35,234 nt of DNA from a virus. Taxonomy: Duplodnaviria; Caudoviricetes. A model generated the notes under the pieces. That model did not search any database and had not been told where the DNA came from. It saw only the letters and a list, made by a program, of their open reading frames with translations. This document shows positions 8,035 through 16,819 of this stretch, in pieces (the first letter of the stretch is position 1; every line of letters begins with the position of its first letter). The stretch covers positions 1-35,234 of the IMG/VR virus record IMGVR_UViG_3300014656_006079, one strand, 5' to 3'. A program made the translations under genes and the position numbers.

Positions 8035-8331
8035 ATGCACACATTCGAGCAATGGACCAAGGCCCAGGCCGTGCGTTTCATGATCTATCAGAAGAATCCC
8101 GCCTCGACGCAGCACATTGAAAACCTGCACATCGTCAGCGCCAAGGCCGATGGGCGCGGCAATTGCGCCCCCACGGCACAAACGACCCTGTGCGGCAAGG
8201 TTGATATCAAAGAGCTTGTCCCCTTTAATGGCCAATGCTACGAAGAAAAAAGCGCGAGAGAGGCAGCCTGCTTTTTTGGCCGGGGCTTTTGCGGCCAGTG
8301 CGCGGCCACGCTGTATGCGGACAAGCCCTGA
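8035..8331 (+). CDS. Small Cys-rich hypothetical protein (moron)
   Basis: TLCGK...AREAACFFGRGFCGQCAATLY; start 8035 or 8071. Confidence 0.7.
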   Translation: MHTFEQWTKAQAVRFMIYQKNPASTQHIENLHIVSAKADGRGNCAPTAQTTLCGKVDIKELVPFNGQCYEEKSAREAACFFGRGFCGQCAATLYADKP

Positions 8332-8357
8332 AATACTCTGGCAAAGCGAGCCGGATC

Positions 8358-8801
8358 ATGGAATTTTTTATCCTCTGGATCATCTGCGGTTTCGCGGCAT
8401 CCTACGTAGCCAGGCAGAAAAACAAAAGCTCCGGCGCATGGTTCCTGCTGGGCCTGTTGCTTGGCCCCATTGCCCTTTTGATGGTCGGCTTTTCTCCTGC
8501 CGCGCCGGCCAAGGAACTGGAGCGTGACCCAGCTCAACGCGACGTATTCTCCGCCCCCATCAACTGCACCTGCCCTTTCTGCGCCGAAGAGATCAAGTGC
8601 GAGGCCATAGTCTGCAAGCACTGCGGGCGCGACGTGCCGCCCCAGCAACCCACACAGGACAAGATCGCCAAGGTCTACGCGAGCATGCTCAAGGCATACG
8701 ACGGCAAGTCCGACAAGGTCATGGCCAGAGGCTACCTCGCGGCTCACGGCTTCCCCGAAGCTGAGGTGAAGCGCTTTTTGTCCACCCTTCCCGACGCCTA
8801 A
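8358..8801 (+). CDS. Two-TM membrane protein with zinc ribbon
   Basis: MEFFILWIICGF...WFLLGLLLGPIALL; CPFCAEEIK...CKHCG. Confidence 0.85.
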   Translation: MEFFILWIICGFAASYVARQKNKSSGAWFLLGLLLGPIALLMVGFSPAAPAKELERDPAQRDVFSAPINCTCPFCAEEIKCEAIVCKHCGRDVPPQQPTQDKIAKVYASMLKAYDGKSDKVMARGYLAAHGFPEAEVKRFLSTLPDA

Positions 8802-8822
8802 ATTTTCTCACAGGAGGACACC

Positions 8823-9875
8823 ATGCGCCGCACCAGCATTGCCCCAGCGCTCCTTGCCCTGCTCCTGACTCTGCTTACCGCCTGTGCCCCGCAGCGCAAC
8901 CTGCCGCAGGTGCAGGGCGGCCTGGTGGAAGCCGAGGCCAAGAAGCAGCAGGAGCTGGCCGTGCGCGAGTATATGGCCAAGCTGGACCGCATGGACCGCG
9001 TGGCCTGGGCCATCCGCTCCAAAAACGTGGACCTGTGCGGGGAGCACACAGCGTATCGCCTAGGCCTGAATCTGGCCGAGGCCGAGGACTACCCCAAGGA
9101 TCAGCGCGAGATCATCCAGAATGCGCTGGGCATCCAGGCGCGGCCCACCGTGTACATCATCACCAGGGGCGGCCCGGCAGAGGCCGCCGGCGTGCAGCGT
9201 GGCGACGTGCTGTTGTCCGTGGCCGGGCAGGAAGTCAAAAACAAGAAGCACGCCCTGGAGCACCTGGATAAGGCCCTTGCCAGCGGATCATCAATCCCCA
9301 TGGCCGTGGAGCGCGCAGGCCTGCGCCACGAGCTGAGCGTGCCCCCGGCCAAGGTTTGCGCCTACGATGTGTTTCTCAAGACCGACAACATGATCAACGC
9401 CTTTGCCGACGGCAGCAAGATCACGGTCATGACCGGGATGATGAAGTTTGTGCAGACCGACGACGAACTGGCCGCGATCCTGGGGCACGAGATGGCCCAT
9501 AACACCGAGGGCCACATCAAGGCCAAGACGGGCAACGCCCTGCTTGGCATGCTGCTGTTCGACCTGCCCATAGCCATCCTGACCGGGGTGAACCCAAACA
9601 CCGGGGGCCAGATCGGCCAGCAGCTGTACAGCCAGGAGTTTGAGCACGAGGCCGACTACGTGGGGCTCTACTTTACCGCCCGGGCGGGCTACGACATCGA
9701 GAACGTGGCCGACCTGTGGCGGCGTATGGCCGTGGAGAACCCCGGCGCCATCACCATGGGCAGCACCCACCCCAGCACCAGCGCACGCTATGTGGCGCTG
9801 GAGGCCGCGCGGGACGAGATAAAGGGCAAGGCCAAGGAAGGGAAGGAACTGAAGCCGGAAATGAAGGGGAAGTAG
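8823..9875 (+). CDS. Lipoprotein M48 metallopeptidase with PDZ domain
   Basis: Lipobox LTAC; PDZ GPAEAAGVQRGDVLL; NAFA, HEMAH, EHEAD, STHP motifs. Confidence 0.92.
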   Translation: MRRTSIAPALLALLLTLLTACAPQRNLPQVQGGLVEAEAKKQQELAVREYMAKLDRMDRVAWAIRSKNVDLCGEHTAYRLGLNLAEAEDYPKDQREIIQNALGIQARPTVYIITRGGPAEAAGVQRGDVLLSVAGQEVKNKKHALEHLDKALASGSSIPMAVERAGLRHELSVPPAKVCAYDVFLKTDNMINAFADGSKITVMTGMMKFVQTDDELAAILGHEMAHNTEGHIKAKTGNALLGMLLFDLPIAILTGVNPNTGGQIGQQLYSQEFEHEADYVGLYFTARAGYDIENVADLWRRMAVENPGAITMGSTHPSTSARYVALEAARDEIKGKAKEGKELKPEMKGK

Positions 9876-10120
9876 TGGTGGGAACGCCTGAGCATTTCGA
9901 GACATGCCTGCTGTGCCAGCGAGATTTCCACTTTGGCCACAACCGCTACGACGGGCGCTGGATTGAGCGCCTACGTGCCTACATCTGCACACCTTGCTTG
10001 CAAGGCAACTGGGACGGCTTGGCGAACCCGGAAAAGATTAAACGGCTGTTCGACCACCTGGACGAGCTGGGCATACCGCACCCGGAGCCGAACGCGAAAG
10101 GCTGGATACCGTTGGGCTGA
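9875..10120 (+). CDS. Small Zn-binding hypothetical protein
   Basis: CLLC...RYDGR...CTPCLQGNWDG; GTG overlaps the upstream stop. Confidence 0.75.
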   Translation: MVGTPEHFETCLLCQRDFHFGHNRYDGRWIERLRAYICTPCLQGNWDGLANPEKIKRLFDHLDELGIPHPEPNAKGWIPLG

Positions 10121-10125
10121 ACTCC

Positions 10126-10155
10126 AAGGCCCCGGCACCCCGGGGCCTTCTCTTT
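10126..10155. terminator. Hairpin terminator between convergent units
   Basis: AAGGCCCCGG-CACC-CCGGGGCCTT followed by CTCTTT. Confidence 0.7.
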
Positions 10156-10373
10156 CAGCTCCCCTCCGCCTCTTCCTGACATTCCCGGCACTGACAGCAC
10201 CCGGGAACGGCCTTGAGCCTGGCTGAGCAGATGGGCTCCTGACACGTGCGGCAACAGGCCACGCCGTCAATGTAGACCGGGCCCGGGCCTGCAGGACGCA
10301 GGCGGGCGCGGTCCAGGGCCTCGGCCCGGAGCAGCAGCTCCACGGCCTGGGCATTGTCGCAGATGTCAGCCAC
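10155..10373 (-). CDS. TraR/DksA C4 zinc-finger protein
   Basis: MADICDNAQ...CRTCQEPI..ARLKAVPGCCQCRECQ. Confidence 0.9.
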   Translation of the reverse strand: MADICDNAQAVELLLRAEALDRARLRPAGPGPVYIDGVACCRTCQEPICSARLKAVPGCCQCRECQEEAEGS

Positions 10374-10376
10374 GGG

Positions 10377-10559
10377 CTACTCCTGGGGCGTCTCGGCCTG
10401 GGCCTCAGTCTGCGCCACGGAAGCGGCAGGCGCGCCGTTCACCGGGCGCACAAGGCCCAGGCACGACACGCAGATGTAGAACCCAAGACGGATGAGCAGC
10501 GGAGAAAGACCTTCCTGGGTGAACGGGCCGGGGGCCGAGCACTTGGGGCAGTACAGCAT
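10377..10559 (-). CDS. Small zinc-finger protein
   Basis: CPKC...CVSC; RBS GGAGG. Confidence 0.6.
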   Translation of the reverse strand: MLYCPKCSAPGPFTQEGLSPLLIRLGFYICVSCLGLVRPVNGAPAASVAQTEAQAETPQE

Positions 10560-10560
10560 A

Positions 10561-10911
10561 CTATCCTCCTAGCAGTGAAAAGATTTCCAATTCTTCATCA
10601 GCGTTGGCCTGCTGCCATTCAGCAGCCAGCGCAGCACGAATAGCCGCTTCGTTTTCTCCATCCTGGAGCAGCGCAACGGCCATGCGGTCCTTGAGTCCTT
10701 TTCGCTTGAGGTCATAGCTGGCGACGATGTCCAGGATCGCCGCTTCCATCACCGCGTCCGGGCCTGGCTCCACAATCTCCCCGCCGACGAACGGCCAGCC
10801 CGCCTGAACCTCCGCGCAACACTCCACGACCAGCGCGCATTCCTTGGGCCCAAGAACGGGCAGAGACTCTGTCGGCGTCGTGGTCAGGCCGTCAACAATT
10901 CGGGTGTACAT
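10561..10911 (-). CDS. Hypothetical protein, possible tail fibre chaperone
   Basis: Small acidic gene directly after the fibre gene. Confidence 0.55.
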   Translation of the reverse strand: MYTRIVDGLTTTPTESLPVLGPKECALVVECCAEVQAGWPFVGGEIVEPGPDAVMEAAILDIVASYDLKRKGLKDRMAVALLQDGENEAAIRAALAAEWQQANADEELEIFSLLGG

Positions 10912-10920
10912 CGCGCCCTC

Positions 10921-12363
10921 CTAGCTCAAAACCAGCGCCACACCGCGCGCGGCCTGAGCCTTGGCGTTGTCGGTTGTGATTTCCCAGAGAACGGACGTGC
11001 CGGGGGTCATTCCGGTGGTATCCACAAGACCCTTGAGCAGATAAACACCGCTGGAAAACTCGCAAACCTGCTCCAACGTGACGTAGCCGCTCCAAGTGCT
11101 CCCGCCGTCAAAACTCACGCGCGCCTTGAGGTCGGTGTTCAGCGTCACAGCGTCGGTGGGAGCGTGCAGGATATCGATCAGCGCGCTTGCCGGGGCCGCG
11201 CCAACGGTAATGGCCGTCGGCTTCAAGGTTATGCTTTGCGCACCGGATCTATATGTGTACCGCGACATGAACGGGCGGTTGTCATTCAAAACAAATGCCA
11301 CGCCGTTTCCTGTTGCATCACCATAATAAAGGTCCGCACTCCCACTCGCATAAGATGTTGTGCTTGAGGGGCCATAGATGCCGATACGGTATGTTTTCCC
11401 ATCGTTAGGGACAGCGTAGGGAGTGCTCAACGTCTTGTCCGCATACCCCCCGCCAGGGTGGGAAAAGCTTTCGCTGTGGACGACGTTCCAGGTTGATCCG
11501 GAGACAAACTTCAAAACCTTTACGGCAAGGCTTGCCGAAGAAGCGCAATAACACCCGATGACGGTGATGGTTGAACCATTTGGGCAAGCGGTAATACCTT
11601 TATCAACGGTTGTGCAGCTTGATCCAAATGTCCCTACGGCACTGGCGCCGGACGTCACGGAAATAATACTTTGGTTTGTGTATTGCTTTCCCGAGGCGTC
11701 GTATGTGGCATTCGTCTTGGTCGCCAGTTCGTCACTTTGGAATGTCCACAGATACCCCGAGGGGATAGGGCCGCTGGACTTGCTGTCCTGCCGCCAGTTG
11801 CGAAATGCCTCATAGAGCGCCATGTCGCGAGCAAAGGCGTCTGCCGTGGGTATGGCCGCGATGGCGGTGGCCACGTCCAGGGTGCTGGCCGCCTCTTCCG
11901 CGCTCGGGTCGGCGATGCTGCCGATCTGCACGCCTCCGGACCCGCCCACGCGCTCGTCGGTCAAGTCCGCGTTGGTGATGGCCGTGGTGTCCGTGGCCAG
12001 CAGAACTCGGGCCACAGGCAGCTTGCCCGCAGGGATGGCCGGAGCTTCCGGCTCTGCCGCCTCGTCGCCCTCAACAACGCTCACAGCCCCGGTCACGCTG
12101 TCGATGACCACGCGGTCGATGCGCGGGTTGGTCACCGGAGCGGTGATGGTCGTGGTGCTCTGCGCCGCAACCTCGGTGAGCGTGGTGCCGGACAGGATAG
12201 CCCCGGCCGCAAGAGCCACGGTCATGTTCGGCGTGTCCTGGGCATGGGGGGCAAAGGCCCAGGAGAGCCGCGCATCGACATTGCTGTTCGCGTCCAGGTT
12301 GGCCTTGTACTGCACGCTGGTTTGCGTGTTGACGTCTGTCTTGATGGGCTTTGCGGTGGGCAT
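10921..12363 (-). CDS. Tail fibre/receptor-binding protein
   Basis: NPRIDRVVID...PAIPAGKLPVARV...DLTDER virion-attachment N-terminus; Thr/Ser/Gly-rich beta C-terminus; follows tail tip gene. Confidence 0.75.
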   Translation of the reverse strand: MPTAKPIKTDVNTQTSVQYKANLDANSNVDARLSWAFAPHAQDTPNMTVALAAGAILSGTTLTEVAAQSTTTITAPVTNPRIDRVVIDSVTGAVSVVEGDEAAEPEAPAIPAGKLPVARVLLATDTTAITNADLTDERVGGSGGVQIGSIADPSAEEAASTLDVATAIAAIPTADAFARDMALYEAFRNWRQDSKSSGPIPSGYLWTFQSDELATKTNATYDASGKQYTNQSIISVTSGASAVGTFGSSCTTVDKGITACPNGSTITVIGCYCASSASLAVKVLKFVSGSTWNVVHSESFSHPGGGYADKTLSTPYAVPNDGKTYRIGIYGPSSTTSYASGSADLYYGDATGNGVAFVLNDNRPFMSRYTYRSGAQSITLKPTAITVGAAPASALIDILHAPTDAVTLNTDLKARVSFDGGSTWSGYVTLEQVCEFSSGVYLLKGLVDTTGMTPGTSVLWEITTDNAKAQAARGVALVLS

Positions 12364-12372
12364 GGTCGCCTC

Positions 12373-15300
12373 CTATGTTCCGGTCACGGACCAGGCGCAG
12401 GTGCCGCCTATGTCCGTGCCGCTGGTGTCGTAGATTTTTACAAGCATCGAGGTTGAAGTCAGGTTCGACCAAACCCCATTGAGGGACTGGTTCCCGCTGG
12501 CGGACACGTTTGGGGTCGGCGTCGAATGGAAAGCCTGGGGGAAGGTGATGGTGGTGCCGCCGACAGCGATGACCGCCGTACCCTGCTGGGTCCAGGGCTC
12601 GCCGTCCGCTGTCAGGGTGGAGGCTTCAAGCGCGCCCGAACCGGGGGCCGGGTCGAGCACAACGCGGCCTTTGAAATAGCGGTCACCGATGGTGCCGCCC
12701 ATCCAGGGCACAAAGGTGCTATATTCGCCGCCGGAGGGCTTGGTGGCCACCTGGAGCGACAGACCTGGCGCTGCGGCCTCACCCGGCCCGGCAAACCCGG
12801 CAGACGTGCCCCAGACCCGCGCGCTGGGCGAGTCAAACCCGCAATCCTGCTCAGGCGTCTCGTAGTGGCTGGCCTCCGCCGGGACCGGGCAGAATTTGTC
12901 GAAAGTGTCCCAGCCGTCGTCCACAGCAACGCCCTGGGAGTCCATGAGCAGCACGCCTGTGTAATGCCTGACCAGGCCCGTGAGGGCGCCCGGCCAGGTA
13001 GGATTCTGCTGCTGGCTCACGATGACGTTGGACTGGCTCACGGTGGTGATGTCGAAGGTCGTTGCGTTGGCGCTGTAGTTGCCGCTGCTGTCCTGGGCCT
13101 TGATGCCGACGGTCCAGTTCCCGGGCGGCAGGGCCGAGTTGGTGATGAGCGTGCCACGCGTGGCGCGGGTGATAAGGCTGGCCGTGTCCCAGACGAAAGA
13201 GCCACGAGGGCCGAAACGCATTTCGTAGCCGGACAGGTCCATGTCCGAAACCGCAGGCCACTGGAAGGTGCAGACAGCACCGTTCTGTTGCACGGAGAAC
13301 GAGGCCACGTCGCTGGGCGGCTGGCTCTTGCCCAGCACCACATGGCCGGTGACGGACAGCCAGGAGCTTACAGCACCCAGGCCGTTGACCGCGCGCAGGC
13401 GCACGTCGTAGGCGGCGCCGTCCTCCACGTCGAGCAGGTAGGCCTCGGTGTCCGCTCCGGGCTGGGTCAGAGCGGGCAGCCAGGAGGCGTCCGCGCTTTT
13501 CTTCTGCTGGATCTCGATGTGCCCGCCGGAGAGCACAAAGGCGTCTGCCGGGGCGGTCCACGTGCACTTGAGCCGGGTCTGCACCGTGCCATCGCCCCGG
13601 ATGGCCAGCACGTCCGTGCCGCTGGCGAGCGTCAGCGCTGTGGGCGCGGCCACGTCCCAGGGGTTGGCCAACAGCGTGTTGGGCGCGGGGTCGGCCTGGG
13701 AGCCTTCATCCGGGCTCCAGTCGTAGACCTCCGGGGCCTCCTCCTGCAACACCAGGTCGACGCCGCCCTGCTCGGACAGAGTCCAGCCCAGCACGCGGAA
13801 GGACTTGCGCACCCAGCCAAGGTTGGCGATGGACAGCGGCACCACGTCCCACAAGGCGATGGGCAGGGCCGCGAGATTGGCCGGGTAGTCCACGGTGATG
13901 CCCTGGTCGGCGCGGGCCAGGTCAATCCTGGCCAGGCGCTGGGCCATGACGCCGTCGGTTGTGAACGGCAGCTCCTTGTCCTTGTAGATGCGCTCGCCGC
14001 CGTCGCGCGCCTCGTACCCTGCGCTCAGCTGCGGCACGAAGTCCGTGGGCTGCCAGAGCTGGGCCGGGTCCACGAACGTTCCGCGCACGGCATTGTACAG
14101 CTCACGCTTGGGAGGCCGGGGCCTGATTTTGAGGGTGTCGCGCAAATCGGACTCGGTAAGGGCGCGGTCGAGCGGAACGCCAGCGCAGGCCGCGTGCAGG
14201 CGGTACTTGCCTTGCAGGTAGGGCATGACGCCGAGGCAAGAGGTCAAGAGCTGCTCGATGATGTCGATGGGCTTCTTGGCCAGGTCCACCACGCCGTTGC
14301 AGGTGTAGCGCGGCTGGCTCACCCTGGCGATTGTCAGCCCGGTTCCGGCGTCGGCCAGGTCCAGGGCTGTGCCGGCCATGGCCAGAGCAAAGGACGAGGC
14401 CAGCTTGCCTGCGCTGTCGCCCGTGCGGATCCAGAAGTAGGTGGTGCCCAGGCTCAGGCCCGTGGGCGGCGTGCCGGAGAGGAAGCGCACGCCGTCGCCC
14501 GTGTGCCAGTAGACCGGGCCGGAAGCGGTCACCGTGTCCGCCGTGGCGTCCACCGTGGCCGTGAGCGCGCAGGACAGCGTGTGGGTGCCGCTGCCTGCGT
14601 CGGTAAGGTCGATGCCCAGGCCGTAGCCCGCGTCCTCGCTGGTTGCCGCCAGCTTGCCCGTGGTGGCAGATAGCCGTATCCAGTAATAGGTGGTGTCCAC
14701 GGCCAGGGGCGCAGGCAGCGCGCCCGTGCTGGTGAGCCGCACGGAAAGGCCCGTGGCCCAGGGCACGGGCTCGGACAGGGTGACGACATCGGTCCCGGCG
14801 TTGGCCGTCAGCGTGGCTGCTGCGCCCAGTTCCACCTGCTCCTCGCACACATTGGCGCTGGCGATCCAGGACTCCCAGTGCACCTCGTCCTCGTTGGCGT
14901 TCAGGCCATCGGTCCAGAGCAGGTAGTCCAGGATGCACAGCGCCGCGTTGTGGCTCCATGTCATCTTGGCCAGCGTGCCGCCCGTGCCGCCCTCGGACAG
15001 AGCGACGGCTTCTTCGCCGAAGACGGGATAGAGCAGCGTCAGGGTGGTTGCTGTCGGTGCCGTGCCCACCACATAAAACTTAGACAGCGCCGCGCTGTGA
15101 CCGCGCACGAAGACCCAGTCGCCCACGCTCAGGCCATGCGCCGTGCCGGTGGTGATGACAGCCGGAGACGCAGCCGTGCTGCTGGTGATGGCGATGGTGG
15201 CGGCGCGTGGGTCATAGATATACACACCGCGCACCAGGCCCAGCACGCTCTTGATGCTGTTGGGCCAGGCCGTGGAGTCGTACTTGGCGCGGGGGTAGAG

Positions 15301-15816
15301 GTAGGCGATGCCCCGGCCCCGGTGCTGCACGGTCCAGCCCGGCACCTCGGCCACGAGGTCCGTGTCCGCCTCCTGGCTGGGCGCGCCCAGGTGCTTTTTG
15401 ACGCGGTTGAAGCCGGAAATTCGCGAGTCCGTGCTCAGCGTGTCGTCGAACCAGACATCGCCGATCTCGGCCACCTCGCGCGTGGACATGGGCACGGCAA
15501 GGTGAAGGTATTCCTTGGTGTCGCCCGTGGTAGCCTTGAGCGCCAGGGGGCCGCTGACCTTGACCAGGCCGTATGGGATTTTGCGGCTTTCCACGCTGCT
15601 GCGTAGCATCAACTTGCGGTCCTGGGCCTCAGTTCCAAAGCTTGGTGCCTTCGACTTCGCTCCCCCGCCCAATAGCGCACCGCCGAGTGTACTGATGCCC
15701 ATGCCAACGGCACCGGAGATCATTGTGGATGCGAATGCGCCTATGCCTGCTGGCAACAAGGCCGCTGTACCTGCGCTGGCCACAAGAGAAATGGCGGCGA
15801 CAACAGCTCCACCCAT
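12373..15816 (-). CDS. Tail tip/host specificity protein (gpJ-like) with Fn3-like domains
   Basis: IPYGLVKVSG, RGRGIAY, NAALCILDYL, RYTCNG, YNAVRGTF, YDVRLRAVN motifs. Confidence 0.9.
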   Translation of the reverse strand: MGGAVVAAISLVASAGTAALLPAGIGAFASTMISGAVGMGISTLGGALLGGGAKSKAPSFGTEAQDRKLMLRSSVESRKIPYGLVKVSGPLALKATTGDTKEYLHLAVPMSTREVAEIGDVWFDDTLSTDSRISGFNRVKKHLGAPSQEADTDLVAEVPGWTVQHRGRGIAYLYPRAKYDSTAWPNSIKSVLGLVRGVYIYDPRAATIAITSSTAASPAVITTGTAHGLSVGDWVFVRGHSAALSKFYVVGTAPTATTLTLLYPVFGEEAVALSEGGTGGTLAKMTWSHNAALCILDYLLWTDGLNANEDEVHWESWIASANVCEEQVELGAAATLTANAGTDVVTLSEPVPWATGLSVRLTSTGALPAPLAVDTTYYWIRLSATTGKLAATSEDAGYGLGIDLTDAGSGTHTLSCALTATVDATADTVTASGPVYWHTGDGVRFLSGTPPTGLSLGTTYFWIRTGDSAGKLASSFALAMAGTALDLADAGTGLTIARVSQPRYTCNGVVDLAKKPIDIIEQLLTSCLGVMPYLQGKYRLHAACAGVPLDRALTESDLRDTLKIRPRPPKRELYNAVRGTFVDPAQLWQPTDFVPQLSAGYEARDGGERIYKDKELPFTTDGVMAQRLARIDLARADQGITVDYPANLAALPIALWDVVPLSIANLGWVRKSFRVLGWTLSEQGGVDLVLQEEAPEVYDWSPDEGSQADPAPNTLLANPWDVAAPTALTLASGTDVLAIRGDGTVQTRLKCTWTAPADAFVLSGGHIEIQQKKSADASWLPALTQPGADTEAYLLDVEDGAAYDVRLRAVNGLGAVSSWLSVTGHVVLGKSQPPSDVASFSVQQNGAVCTFQWPAVSDMDLSGYEMRFGPRGSFVWDTASLITRATRGTLITNSALPPGNWTVGIKAQDSSGNYSANATTFDITTVSQSNVIVSQQQNPTWPGALTGLVRHYTGVLLMDSQGVAVDDGWDTFDKFCPVPAEASHYETPEQDCGFDSPSARVWGTSAGFAGPGEAAAPGLSLQVATKPSGGEYSTFVPWMGGTIGDRYFKGRVVLDPAPGSGALEASTLTADGEPWTQQGTAVIAVGGTTITFPQAFHSTPTPNVSASGNQSLNGVWSNLTSTSMLVKIYDTSGTDIGGTCAWSVTGT

Positions 15817-15818
15817 GG

Positions 15819-16244
15819 CTACACCCTCCAGGCGCGCAACGCCTGATGCATGGGCAGCAGGGCTAGGCCGAGCGGCCCCTGCACGGCCACCTGCGCGCCG
15901 AGGCAGATGCCCAGGGCCGGGCCCTGCAAGGTCTCCACCAGGCAGACATCGCCGCGCTGGGCGGCCAGGGGCGGCACTTCTGGCATAGCAAGACCGGTGG
16001 TGATGCGCTGGGCGGTTTCTTCCAGGCCGCCACCGGCAAAAGCCTTGAGCGCGCGAAAGGCCCCGGCCTTGGTTTTGTACCGCCCGCGAAAGTGCGCGGC
16101 AGGGTCCACGCCCGTCATAGCCTGGACCATGTCGCAGGCGGTAAGGCAGCAGTCCGCCCCGCCCCAGGCAAAGGGCCGTTGCCGTGCGGCCTCCACCTGG
16201 GCCACAAGGCGCGAGGCCCAGTCGTGGCGGCGCTGCACGCTCAT
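15819..16244 (-). CDS. NlpC/P60-like tail protein (DUF6950-like)
   Basis: RRHDWASRL, PFAWGGADCC, AQRGDV, RAWRV. Confidence 0.85.
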   Translation of the reverse strand: MSVQRRHDWASRLVAQVEAARQRPFAWGGADCCLTACDMVQAMTGVDPAAHFRGRYKTKAGAFRALKAFAGGGLEETAQRITTGLAMPEVPPLAAQRGDVCLVETLQGPALGICLGAQVAVQGPLGLALLPMHQALRAWRV

Positions 16245-16819
16245 GACCGCCCCCAGGTGAGTTCCTTGTCCGTGGCCGGGGCTACGAACTCGAAAAACTT
16301 GTCGCCTGGACAGCGGCTCTGCTGCTCGGCGTCGGTGTAGCGCCCTCCGCGCGCCCGCGCCCAGTCGGCCAGGCGGCTTTCGATCGTCAGGGCCACCTCG
16401 GAGCTGTCGCCGTAGTCCAGGGCCAGGGTGTCCATGCGGCCCGCGAACACCAGCACCGGGTCCGGGATGATCTGGTGTTCCGCGTCCAGGAACGCCACCC
16501 AGATCCACGCCGGGCGGCCCTGGGGGTTTTCGCTCAGCACCAGGCTCACGCTCTCGGCCTGGATGCCGCTCATGCTCACAGTGACGTTGTAGGCCTGCTG
16601 CTCCGCGCCCTCCTCCACCCCGCTGACCTTGCCCAGGCCAAGGGTGGTGATGAAGGTCTCAGGCTCGCCGGTGTCCAGCTCGTCCCACAGCATGTCGTAC
16701 GGTGCGCTGGTGCAACGCAGGGTGCCGGTGTCGAAGTCTAACCGGGCCAGGGCCACCAGGCGCACCACCTCTGCCTGGGCGGCGGCGGCTGTTTCTGCGG
16801 TGATTTCGCGTCCGCTCAC
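16241..16819 (-). CDS. Minor tail (hub/gpL-like) protein
   Basis: FAGRMD, IESRLADW, RYTDAEQQ...PGDKFFEF; GTGA overlap. Confidence 0.8.
   Translation of the reverse strand: MSGREITAETAAAAQAEVVRLVALARLDFDTGTLRCTSAPYDMLWDELDTGEPETFITTLGLGKVSGVEEGAEQQAYNVTVSMSGIQAESVSLVLSENPQGRPAWIWVAFLDAEHQIIPDPVLVFAGRMDTLALDYGDSSEVALTIESRLADWARARGGRYTDAEQQSRCPGDKFFEFVAPATDKELTWGRS

Noticed and set aside
12526-14673. 715-aa + strand ORF
   Set aside because: Antisense shadow of the tail tip gene
10921-15816. Diversity-generating retroelement or invertible tail fibre system
   Set aside because: No reverse transcriptase, invertase, template/variable repeat pair or flanking inverted repeats seen
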